A stretch of 64,000 nucleotides of DNA from Bacteroidia bacterium. Its GTDB lineage: Bacteria; Bacteroidota; Bacteroidia; Bacteroidales; UBA7960. Of this stretch, positions 28,317 through 37,000 are shown piece after piece (position 1 is the first letter of the stretch; each line of letters starts with the position of its first letter). The stretch covers positions 14,987 to 78,986 of the forward strand of contig REEA01000109.1 in NCBI GenBank assembly GCA_007695305.1, written 5' to 3'. The notes beneath the pieces are model-generated. The model did no database searches and was not told the DNA's origin. It saw only the letters and a list, made by a program, of their open reading frames with translations. A program made the position numbers and the translations under genes.

Positions 28317-30371
28317 TTAATGGGACAAAGCACGCACTGCTTTGGCTCCTGCTTCAAGCAGCGGAGTATTTGAAATGGGCTCACCAACTGCTTCATGCAT
28401 CCATTGGCGCGGGGTCAGGTTGCCAAGAGCAAAAATCCGGTCAATTTCATCCGCCATATTTTTGCCCCTCATCTGCTGTTCAATCTGGAATTCGATCAGG
28501 TGTCCAAGCGGGTATGCACTAAGGTAGAGCGGATAGCTGATCATATGCGAATATACGGCGAGAATGGGGGTGTCTTTCACCCCAAACACCGGAGCATAGT
28601 ATTTGTTCCAGATGTCGGTGGCAATCCGTATGGTTTCATACTTCAATGCTTCGGCAGAGGCATCCGGATTGTCATACATCCAACGCCAAACAGCCATATC
28701 CACCAGCGACACACCCATGATCTCGTAGGTTCCCCAAAGGATATCCAACACATTCAAGTGTTCTCCCATGGGGTCATCCACGTCAATGCCAAGCAGTTTG
28801 AGATCCCGAACCTGAAATATGAAAGCCAGTGCTTCGGTGAATGCCGTGTTTGGTACCCCGTTCAACATAAAATATTCCACATCATGGAGGCTGATGGTTT
28901 GTTCAACATTGTGTCCCAGTTCGTGGGCCGCGATGTTGAAACCGTTATAGGTCATGCCATCGGCTGCAATGCGCGTGCGCAAATAGGAATACTGGGAGCG
29001 CATTTGTGCACCCCATGCATGTCCGGCTCCCCTGGAACCTTCCACCACAATTTTGGAAGCGATCTCCCCGGCCCTATCCCTGTTGTAGCCGAGCTTTACC
29101 AGGAGGTTGGGGATATCTTTTTCCAAAGCTCCGGCATTGGGGTATTTCTCCCTGGTGATGCGGGTGAGTTCTTCCTCAGGAATTGCGCTGCGCGCTTTAA
29201 AACCATCGTACCAAATGTCAAAAGGTTCAAGTTCTCTGCCCAGACGCCGCGCGATCAGTTGCCCCACATCCTTTAATACAGGAGAGCTCACCAAATCGAT
29301 GAACAGTGCCTCAACTTCATCCATGCTGAGCTCAAGCCCTTGTTGAAAAGCTCTTTCAATATAGCTTGGATAGCTGGGTGAGTAAGCATCTGCTTTTTTC
29401 CGGGCATGGAAGTTATTCAAAACGTGTTCATAACGCATATTAGGTTCCGGGGTGACGCCGATCGTTGATCCTTCACTAAAAACCACATTTGAAAACGGGT
29501 TCCATTCCACATCCGGGTTATTAATTACTTTTTCGGGAATGCTTTGGTCGATGATTCTTTGCATGATCCGGTAGATCATCTGTTGTTTTTCGAGACCTTG
29601 TTCCGTCCCGTTGTAATTAGCCTTCAGCTCGTCACGCAGTCCCCAGTGGGTGATTAACCGGAGATTGTCCGGGAACAGATGCTCCCCTTCATCATTGACC
29701 AACTGTCCCATAATGATGTTATACTCCGAAATGTAGTTATCGGCTTCTGTGCTTACCCTTGAGATGTTTTGATTGATGTCGGCAGGAACCCTGGAAGTAA
29801 AAATATCGCCCATGCGTGCATAAGCCCACTCCAGGCGGCTCCAGTTTTTCGCCAGTTCATTTTTTTCATCCAAAGAGAAAAAAGGAAAATTGAGAATGGT
29901 CAGGAAGGCAACTTTGTTTTTGAAGAAATCCTCAGCAAGGTGGGCTCCCGGCGCGTAGCTTCCAAAAAGAATGTCGACCGGTTTAATGGGCCCCCAGTCG
30001 AGATGAAGGGGTTTTGTCAGCTCAAGGCTTAACTGGTTAAGATGTCCCCAGATGTATTCATAGTTTCTTGAAAGGGTGTTGAACAATTCTTTGCGCTCGC
30101 CGGCATCTGAAATATAATGATCAAGACAAAACTGCATAAATGCTTCGGTGTTGCCGTCATCGAGCCGCCATAGTGAGGCCACCTGATTTACACCACGGCC
30201 CACGAGTTCCGCATCGGCCGTTTCATATTTTTCAAGCAATTGTTGAACCACTGCATCCACAGTGGCATTGGGAATAATATTCATTTGTTTTTGCGTTTGA
30301 TGATCGGGGCCTGTACATCCTGAAAAGAACCATAAGACCGCCATCATGAGGATAAGGTGTTTCTTTTTCAT
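28317..30371 (-). CDS. Putative zinc metallopeptidase lipoprotein (HExxH)
   Basis: Lipobox WFFSGC and an HExxH motif (AAHELGHNVEQ) about 500 aa in. I cannot assign the peptidase family by eye. Confidence 0.6.
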   Translation of the reverse strand: MKKKHLILMMAVLWFFSGCTGPDHQTQKQMNIIPNATVDAVVQQLLEKYETADAELVGRGVNQVASLWRLDDGNTEAFMQFCLDHYISDAGERKELFNTLSRNYEYIWGHLNQLSLELTKPLHLDWGPIKPVDILFGSYAPGAHLAEDFFKNKVAFLTILNFPFFSLDEKNELAKNWSRLEWAYARMGDIFTSRVPADINQNISRVSTEADNYISEYNIIMGQLVNDEGEHLFPDNLRLITHWGLRDELKANYNGTEQGLEKQQMIYRIMQRIIDQSIPEKVINNPDVEWNPFSNVVFSEGSTIGVTPEPNMRYEHVLNNFHARKKADAYSPSYPSYIERAFQQGLELSMDEVEALFIDLVSSPVLKDVGQLIARRLGRELEPFDIWYDGFKARSAIPEEELTRITREKYPNAGALEKDIPNLLVKLGYNRDRAGEIASKIVVEGSRGAGHAWGAQMRSQYSYLRTRIAADGMTYNGFNIAAHELGHNVEQTISLHDVEYFMLNGVPNTAFTEALAFIFQVRDLKLLGIDVDDPMGEHLNVLDILWGTYEIMGVSLVDMAVWRWMYDNPDASAEALKYETIRIATDIWNKYYAPVFGVKDTPILAVYSHMISYPLYLSAYPLGHLIEFQIEQQMRGKNMADEIDRIFALGNLTPRQWMHEAVGEPISNTPLLEAGAKAVRALSH

Positions 30372-30609
30372 GTGAAATTCCGTTTATTCCGTTAATATGT
30401 TGGTTGTAATTGTTGAAATCCGGACTTCGCTCTTACTTGTCTTGTCTGTTCGTGGTTGTTATGGCAACGACAATCGACAACTTCCTTCCAATAGATCAAA
30501 AACCCTGTTCTGCAAACTTTCATCGTTTGCTTGTGTAACCAGGTGCTTGTTAATGGGTTCCAAAATTAACACTTCTTTCATATATCCGGGAATACAAATC
30601 GGATTTTTC

Positions 30610-30632
30610 TGAGATAAACCATTGTTATCTCA
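30610..30632. promoter_or_regulatory. Perfect 8-7-8 inverted repeat TGAGATAA-N7-TTATCTCA, candidate operator upstream of the encapsulin operon
   Basis: Read directly from the sequence. The GATAA/TTATC half-sites resemble Fur-box half-sites. It lies about 55 nt upstream of the candidate -7 box. Confidence 0.3.
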
Positions 30633-30686
30633 TAAGCAGGAAACAATAATAAGCTACAGTTGTTTTCTTTATTTGAGAATTTATCT

Positions 30687-30694
30687 TATATTTG
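30687..30694 (+). promoter_or_regulatory. -7 box TATATTTG, candidate promoter of the EncFtn-encapsulin operon
   Basis: Exact match, 170 nt upstream of the EncFtn ATG. It is the only exact match I found in the 490 nt gap. Confidence 0.4.
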
Positions 30695-30864
30695 CAAATG
30701 AAGGTCAGTGTGGTTGGCCAATTTTGGCTGTTGAGAAAAGAATAATCGGCAAGAATTGATCTTCACCGGAAGCAGAAAAATGCTGTATTACTTTTCCTTT
30801 GTTATTAGAGCCACCTGAGCTTTGCATGTTTCTTATTTATTTAACACATAAATATTTTAGCGTT

Positions 30865-31230
30865 ATGTCGAATTATCACGAACCAGCAGAAGAATTATCG
30901 CAGGAAGCGCGAAATTTTTCTCGTGCACTGAACAGTTTAAAGGAAGAAATTGAAGCGGTTGACTGGTATCACCAGCGGGTTGTTACTTCCAACGATCCCG
31001 ATCTGGCAGCCATTATGGCCCACAACCGTGACGAAGAGATTGAGCATGCCTGCATGACCCTTGAATGGCTCAGGCGCAATATGCCCGGTTGGGATGAAGA
31101 GTTGCGCAACTGGTTATTTAAAGAAGGCGACATTATGGGCGCACATGGTCACGATCACGACCATGATGATGACCACGGGCCGGCTGCCGGAAAAACAGAT
31201 TCATTGGGTATTGGAAAAATTAAAAAGTAA
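30865..31230 (+). CDS. Encapsulated ferritin (EncFtn) cargo protein with C-terminal encapsulin targeting peptide
   Basis: Strong similarity to the EncFtn core (LKEEIEAVDWYHQRV...DPDLAAIMAHNRDEEIEHACMTLEWLRRN). His/Asp-rich linker GAHGHDHDHDDDHG, then the terminal DSLGIGKIKK, which resembles the SLGIG-type targeting peptide. ATG at 30865; the ORF-track start at 30799 adds an implausible hydrophobic extension. Confidence 0.9.
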   Translation: MSNYHEPAEELSQEARNFSRALNSLKEEIEAVDWYHQRVVTSNDPDLAAIMAHNRDEEIEHACMTLEWLRRNMPGWDEELRNWLFKEGDIMGAHGHDHDHDDDHGPAAGKTDSLGIGKIKK

Positions 31231-31236
31231 AGGAGG
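31231..31236 (+). promoter_or_regulatory. Shine-Dalgarno-like AGGAGG upstream of the encapsulin shell gene
   Basis: Perfect AGGAGG with a 5 nt spacer to the ATG at 31242, immediately after the EncFtn stop. Confidence 0.5.
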
Positions 31237-31241
31237 ACAAC

Positions 31242-32033
31242 ATGGATATTTTAAGAAAATCTTTGGCTCCCATTTCTGATCAAGCATGGGAAGAAATAAA
31301 TGAAACGGCTGTAGATGTACTTACATCGGTATTGTCCGGCAGAAAGTTCCTCGATGTTGAGGGGCCTAAAGGCTGGGATTTTGCCGCATTGTCAACAGGA
31401 CGCATCAGTGTGCCTGCCAATCAAAAGGGTGCTGTAAAGTATGGCATTCACCAGGTATTGCCCATGGTTGAAGCACGTATTCCTTTTGAACTTGACATTT
31501 GGGAATTGGACAATGTTGCCAGGGGTGCAGAGGATATTGACCTTGGAGCGATGGAAGATGCAGCCCGCGAAATTGCCAAATTTGAGGAAAAAGCCATTTA
31601 TGAAGGTTTCAAAGCCGGTGGCATTAATGGATTGAAAACAAGCAGCGATCATGACACCCTCACTTTTCCGGACGCTCCGGAAGATATTCTGAGTGTGGTA
31701 TCTTTGGCTGTTTCTCAAATGAAAAAAGCCTCTATTGAAGGACCATATACATTGGTGTTGAACACAGAACGCTGGCAAATGGTCAACTCGCACCTGAGGG
31801 GCTATCCCTTGAGTAAACAACTTGAAAACATTTTGGGAGGAAGCATCATCATGGCGCCTTATGTAAAAGAGTCATTCCTGGTTTCCGAGCGTGGTGGCGA
31901 TTTTCGTATGGTGTTGGGTCAGGACCTCTCCATTGGTTATGAATCCCATAACAATAAGACCGTTCAATTGTATTTTACAGAGTCGTTCACCTTCCAGGTG
32001 ATTGATCCTGCGGCGGTCATTGTGTTGAAATAA
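31242..32033 (+). CDS. Family 1 encapsulin nanocompartment shell protein (HK97 fold, linocin M18-like)
   Basis: 263 aa. The N-terminus MDILRKSLAPISDQAWEEINETA... is typical of T=1 family-1 encapsulins. Starts 11 nt after the EncFtn stop and is preceded by AGGAGG. Confidence 0.92.
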   Translation: MDILRKSLAPISDQAWEEINETAVDVLTSVLSGRKFLDVEGPKGWDFAALSTGRISVPANQKGAVKYGIHQVLPMVEARIPFELDIWELDNVARGAEDIDLGAMEDAAREIAKFEEKAIYEGFKAGGINGLKTSSDHDTLTFPDAPEDILSVVSLAVSQMKKASIEGPYTLVLNTERWQMVNSHLRGYPLSKQLENILGGSIIMAPYVKESFLVSERGGDFRMVLGQDLSIGYESHNNKTVQLYFTESFTFQVIDPAAVIVLK

Positions 32034-32083
32034 CCCGGTTTTACCGGTTTTTCATCACACTTCTTGTTTCTATAGGTATTGTC

Positions 32084-32115
32084 GGGAGAGGGGCTTATGG
32101 CCCCTTTCCCTTTTT
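32084..32115 (+). terminator. Rho-independent terminator after the encapsulin gene
   Basis: 11 bp GC-rich stem (GGGAGAGGGGC / GCCCCTTTCCC, one G-U pair), a 5 nt loop, then TTTTTATTT. Confidence 0.7.
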
Positions 32116-33757
32116 ATTTGGTTTGGAAATATTCTTCCATGACCTGCCTGAATTCATTCATGGTCATATCGTACTTCGGTGTAAGGCTTCCTTTACCCGG
32201 AAACTCTTCCATATGTACCGTACTTGTGGGGAAGGCAAAGCGAACGCCCAGCTTTTGGGCAAGGCGAACAATCTCGACGAGAATCTCATGACGCGCACGC
32301 AATTCTTCTGGCCAGGTTGGAACGGCGAAAAAGATATAAAACATGATCTGTAGAGAAAAGTCACCCATTTCGTTAAACTCCACAATATAAAAGTCTTTCC
32401 GGGTATTTGGGTGTTTGTCAACGATTTTGCGTAAGCCTTCCACATACACTTCAATCAGGTCAGGTGGTGTATCATAGGTAATGGAGATATGCATAAAAAA
32501 ACGACGGTATTCACGGAGGCCATGATTGTCGATGGATGAGTCGGCAAGCCTTCCATTGGGAACATAGATCAGGGAGTTGCGAAATGTCCGGATCCGGGTT
32601 GACCGGAACCCGATATCTTCCACCGTTCCGTCCATCTCGCCGCTTGTGATCCAGTGTCCAACTGAAAATGGTTTGTCAATGAATATCATCAAAGAGCCAA
32701 AAAAGTTCTTCAATGTATCCTGTGCGGCCAGTGCCAGTGCCAGCCCGCCGATGGAAAGACCTGCTAGCAAGGCAGTGATATTAATTTCTAGGTTTTGGAG
32801 AATAAACAGTGTTCCAACAACCACTACAAACACCTTCAAAACCTTTTTGATGATGGGAATCAGGTGATCATCCAGATTGCTTCCGCTTTCTCCGGCAACT
32901 TTTTCAAGATACAGGGAAAACACATCAACCAGCTTGTAAAACATAAGAGTGGCAAAAAGCGGGAGTATTGCGCGGAAAGTAAAAGTAAAATATTTTGCTG
33001 CCTCAACGGGAAGTTGCAACAATGGAAATACAATCATGATAAACAGAAAAACCACAAAAAGGCTCAACGGCTTTGCCACCGGTAGCAGATAAGGTCTCAC
33101 CAGTTTGTTATATCCCATTCGCGAAGCCCCTTTATACAGTAAGCGGCTAAGCAACAGGGTCAACAATTTGTGAATGAGGAAACTCAGCAAAATGAGTAAA
33201 AGGATTCCCAAGTGCTGCCAGAGGTATAAACCGGCAAACTTGTATTTTCCTGCACCCGGAAATAAATCAATCAGCAGATCCGGCCCAAATGGGAATACTT
33301 CCCTGTGTAGGCGGTCAATCTGCCTTATGGACTCCAGGCTGTATAACCACCTGTCGCCGCGTTTTGTTAAATATATTTCAGGAAGACGCTGTGTTGGCTT
33401 GTAAATATGCTCATTATGGATGGTGTCTGTGTGGTTTGGGTCATTGGGTGCAGCATCAAGATTGATGTAATAACCCTTGCCGTCGAACACCTGTTTCATG
33501 CGGACGGCAAAGTCACGTGCTTCTTCCCTGCTGAGTTCCGGATGCATAAATGCCTCTGCTGCCTTGTCGGCATCATAGCTGCCGGGCTGCAGGAAATGCA
33601 GATGTGTTTGCAGTGTATAGAACGGAGTGCTTACATTCACACGAATATCTGATTCAACCCGGTGATCGGATATTGTTTCTCCGGTTGTTTCTGCCTGCAG
33701 GGTGAAAGCAAAAAAAATCAGCAAAAATGAAGCCGGCAAGGAATGATAACGAAACAT
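32114..33757 (-). CDS. Mechanosensitive ion channel family protein (MscS family, large form with periplasmic N-terminal domain)
   Basis: Signal peptide, several TM helices, then the canonical MscS pore and beta domain (AAQDTLKNFFGSLMIFIDKPFSVGHWITSGEMDGTVEDIGFRSTRIRTFRNSLIYVPNGRL). Confidence 0.9.
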   Translation of the reverse strand: MFRYHSLPASFLLIFFAFTLQAETTGETISDHRVESDIRVNVSTPFYTLQTHLHFLQPGSYDADKAAEAFMHPELSREEARDFAVRMKQVFDGKGYYINLDAAPNDPNHTDTIHNEHIYKPTQRLPEIYLTKRGDRWLYSLESIRQIDRLHREVFPFGPDLLIDLFPGAGKYKFAGLYLWQHLGILLLILLSFLIHKLLTLLLSRLLYKGASRMGYNKLVRPYLLPVAKPLSLFVVFLFIMIVFPLLQLPVEAAKYFTFTFRAILPLFATLMFYKLVDVFSLYLEKVAGESGSNLDDHLIPIIKKVLKVFVVVVGTLFILQNLEINITALLAGLSIGGLALALAAQDTLKNFFGSLMIFIDKPFSVGHWITSGEMDGTVEDIGFRSTRIRTFRNSLIYVPNGRLADSSIDNHGLREYRRFFMHISITYDTPPDLIEVYVEGLRKIVDKHPNTRKDFYIVEFNEMGDFSLQIMFYIFFAVPTWPEELRARHEILVEIVRLAQKLGVRFAFPTSTVHMEEFPGKGSLTPKYDMTMNEFRQVMEEYFQTK

Positions 33758-33798
33758 AGCGCGAAAAATTGAGATGGTTTTGTATGTTAAAGGCTCAG

Positions 33799-33806
33799 CA
33801 AAGGTA
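33799..33806 (-). promoter_or_regulatory. -7 box TACCTTTG upstream of the large MscS gene
   Basis: Exact match on the minus strand, 42 nt upstream of the ATG at 33757. Confidence 0.4.
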
Positions 33807-33974
33807 TGAAAATTACCATTCTCTGATTATTCCGGTTTTCAGGAAGCATGTGCGCTGCCTCTGTCCGGCTTTGGTTGTTGCAGGAACTTACCGGAGTTTG
33901 CGCCATTGTAAAGCCTGATATTCATTTATAACAAATGTGTGTCATCGCGGGCGAGTTCTAAATTATAATTTTCA

Positions 33975-33982
33975 TATCTTTG
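33975..33982 (+). promoter_or_regulatory. -7 box TATCTTTG upstream of the giant transporter fusion gene
   Basis: Exact match, 23 nt upstream of the in-frame GTG at 34006. Confidence 0.45.
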
Positions 33983-34005
33983 GCTACAATACAAAAAAAG
34001 ACAAC

Positions 34006-37000
34006 GTGGCAAGAGCGAAAAAATTTGGTGCTTTCAGCGGCGTGTTTACGCCATCCGTGCTGGCTATTCTTGGTGTCATTATGTATCTGCGTCTGCCCTG
34101 GATAGTTGGTCAGGCGGGACTATGGTCGGTGCTGGGCATCATACTGGTAGCCCATATTATTTCCATTGCTACCGGTTTGAGTGTGGCATCTGTGGCCACC
34201 GACAAGAAAGTAGAAACAGGAGGCAGCTATTACATCATTTCCAGAAGCCTGGGGCTTCCCATAGGCGGCACTTTGGGCATGGCACTTTTTGTGGGGTTTT
34301 CATTTAGCGTAAGCCTTTATCTGATCGGTTTTGCTGAAACCTTCCTGAATACTGCAGGCATGGAGCTAAGCCTCCAAAACATCCGAATTGCCGGATCAAT
34401 TATTCTGCTTGTTGTAACGGCCGTTACCTTTATCAGCACGTCCCTGGCCATTAAAGCCCAGTATCTCATCATGGGAGCCATTGGGCTTTCTTTATTGTCC
34501 ATTTTTTGGGGCAGTCATGGTTTTGCAGCCACTGATCCCTTGTTGAGACCCGCTGATGAGGTTTTGCCATGGATAGCCTTATTTGCTATATTTTTTCCGG
34601 CCGTTACCGGGTTTCAGGCAGGCGTATCCATGTCGGGTGACTTAAAAAATCCCGGGAAGGCAATTCCAGTTGGTACAATATCTGCCATTATTGTGGGTTT
34701 CATCATTTATGCAGGCCTGGCCACTTTTTTTGCACTCACTGTTGACCGGGATATGCTCTTGCATGACCCCAGGGTCTTATTTGAAATATCCATGGTGCCC
34801 GAACTTGTTATTGCGGGTATTCTCGCCGCTACTCTTTCATCGGCCATGGTCAGTATTTTGAGTGCTCCGCGGGTTTTGCAGGCAGTTGCCATGGACAGGA
34901 TTTTGCCCCGCTTTTTTGCTAAGGGTTACGGGGCATCAAACGAGCCCCGGAATGCTTTGATTGTTGCTTATTTGATCGCGCAAGCAGGAATACTGATCGG
35001 AGAGCTGAATGTGATCGCCCGTATAGTTACCATATTTTTTATTCTTACATACGGCTTCCTGAATATTACTTATGCCATTGAAAGTTGGGCAGGCAGCGAC
35101 TTCCGGCCATCTTTCAAAATACCCCGGTTTGTTAGTATTATAGGTGCTATAGCTTGTATAGTGGTGATGATTCAACTGGACATTGTGGCCCTGATTGTGG
35201 CCTCTGTAATTTTGGTTGCATTGTTTCTGTTTCTGAAAAAAAAGGAACTTACCCTTCAAACAGGCGATACATGGACAGGTGTTTGGTCCTCGCTGGTCAA
35301 AACCGGACTGATAAGGCTCAGTTCGTCCGGCAGTAAAATACGGAACTGGCGGCCCAATGTGATGTTGTTTAGTGGTGGCGAGAAAAATCGGCCGCACCTG
35401 GTGGAAATGGGTCGCGCCCTGGTAGGGAAAATGGGGGTGTTTACAAACTTTGAGCTAAGTGAACAACCGTCGGGTGATATATTGTTTGGGGTTAAAGAGA
35501 TACCAACATTAAAAGATACCCGGCAGGAAGATCGGGACGTATTTACCAGGAAACATACTTGCAGGGACATTTACGAGGGCATCGATTTGATTTCAAGGGT
35601 TTACGGGTTTACAGGGTTCGAACCAAACACGGTGTTGATGGGCTGGGGACGCAAGTCGCGCAAACCAGAAAAATTTGCAGAATTGCTCAACAACTTGCAG
35701 CGTCAGGACTTTAATTGTTTGTTTTTGAGTTATGATAAAGAAAAAGGCTTTGGCAATTACAAAACCATTGATTTTTGGTGGAAAGGGCACGGACGAGGAT
35801 TATCTTTGGCTGTGTTTCTTATGAAGTTTATCACCTCCGGTGATCTCTGGCGAACTGCGCGCATACGCATTCTTGTCATCAATACCGACAGCTCGAAAAC
35901 AGAAAGTTTATATGGCCTCATCAGGCAGGTGCTTGAGAACCACAGGCTGCGGGCAGACGTAAAAGTGATCTACAATGGTGTTGATCAGTTGCCTGTTGTT
36001 GACATCATTGGTGCTGAGTCCAGAAACACCGATCTTACGATCATGGAACTTCCGGAGTTCAGTCACAGGGCCGCAGAATCAGCATTTACACAGGTAAATG
36101 CCTTTGCCGACAGTGCCGGTACTTCCTTGTTCATTTCACCATCCACTGTATTTGACACCTTCAGTTTGCTGGGCTTTGAGGAAGACAGTACGGAAAGCAT
36201 TCCTGAAGAGAAAAGCCGGCCTTCTGCCGATATTTTTAACAGCCTGCGTTTTTCTGCCAACGAAATCATTGCAAATGAGGTTAATAATATCGGACAAACT
36301 GCAGGACGTTTTGCCCAGAAGTTTTTTGAACAAGGGCCGGAACGGATTCTGAAGCTTGATTTGCGGTTTTTTCCTGAAATACGTCATTTTGCCCTGCGCA
36401 CAACAGACTCCCTTGAAAGACTAATTACAGAAACAAAGCCGGCGGATTTGCCCATGGCATTTCTGCGTATACTCAATGATTTTTCGTTTCATTCACAGCG
36501 GCAAATACAAATGCTTCGTGAACAACGGATTTCTTCCATCAAAACCATTCTTGAAGAAGCAACCCTTGAATACCTGGACGCCCTGAGGGCCATGCGCAAT
36601 GTGATGCCGGAGTATATATACCTGAAGCGTAGCCGTGAACAACTGGCATTGAAAAAAGAAGACAGCCTTCGTACGCGTATATATAAGGCACGGAAAATCC
36701 TGCTTACTTATGTGCTGCGTCGGCCTGTAACCCATAAGATCAGAGTGATTCCGTCCGCTGAATATTTTCTCTATCATCGTCGCCTCAAATCTTTGCAGCA
36801 AATGCTGGCCGATTTTTCCATGCACACATTTACTGAAGTTGTGGAAATAAGGAAGCTGCTGAACGGCATCCATGAACTCATTGAAAAAAGCCGGCTGGAT
36901 CCTGAAAGTAAACCGAAACTCAAAGAACGGATAAAGCTTGAGCGCAGCCGGCTCGATGCTAGACTAAAACTGCTTGAACAGGAAAGTCAGCAATTCTTTT

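Noticed and set aside
28395-29276. 293 aa plus-strand ORF
   Set aside because: It is antisense to the HExxH metallopeptidase gene. It has no recognisable domains and sits in the mirror frame of a real CDS.
30799-30864. 22-codon extension of the EncFtn ORF (MLLEPPELCMFLIYLTHKYFSV)
   Set aside because: EncFtn homologues begin near the MSNYHEP-type N-terminus. The extension is hydrophobic and A/T-rich, like a leader sequence.
33937-34005. GTG-initiated 23-codon N-terminal extension of the giant ORF (MCHRGRVLNYNFHIFGYNTKKDN)
   Set aside because: It contains an exact TATCTTTG -7 box (33975-33982). The conserved transporter sequence begins right after the in-frame GTG at 34006.
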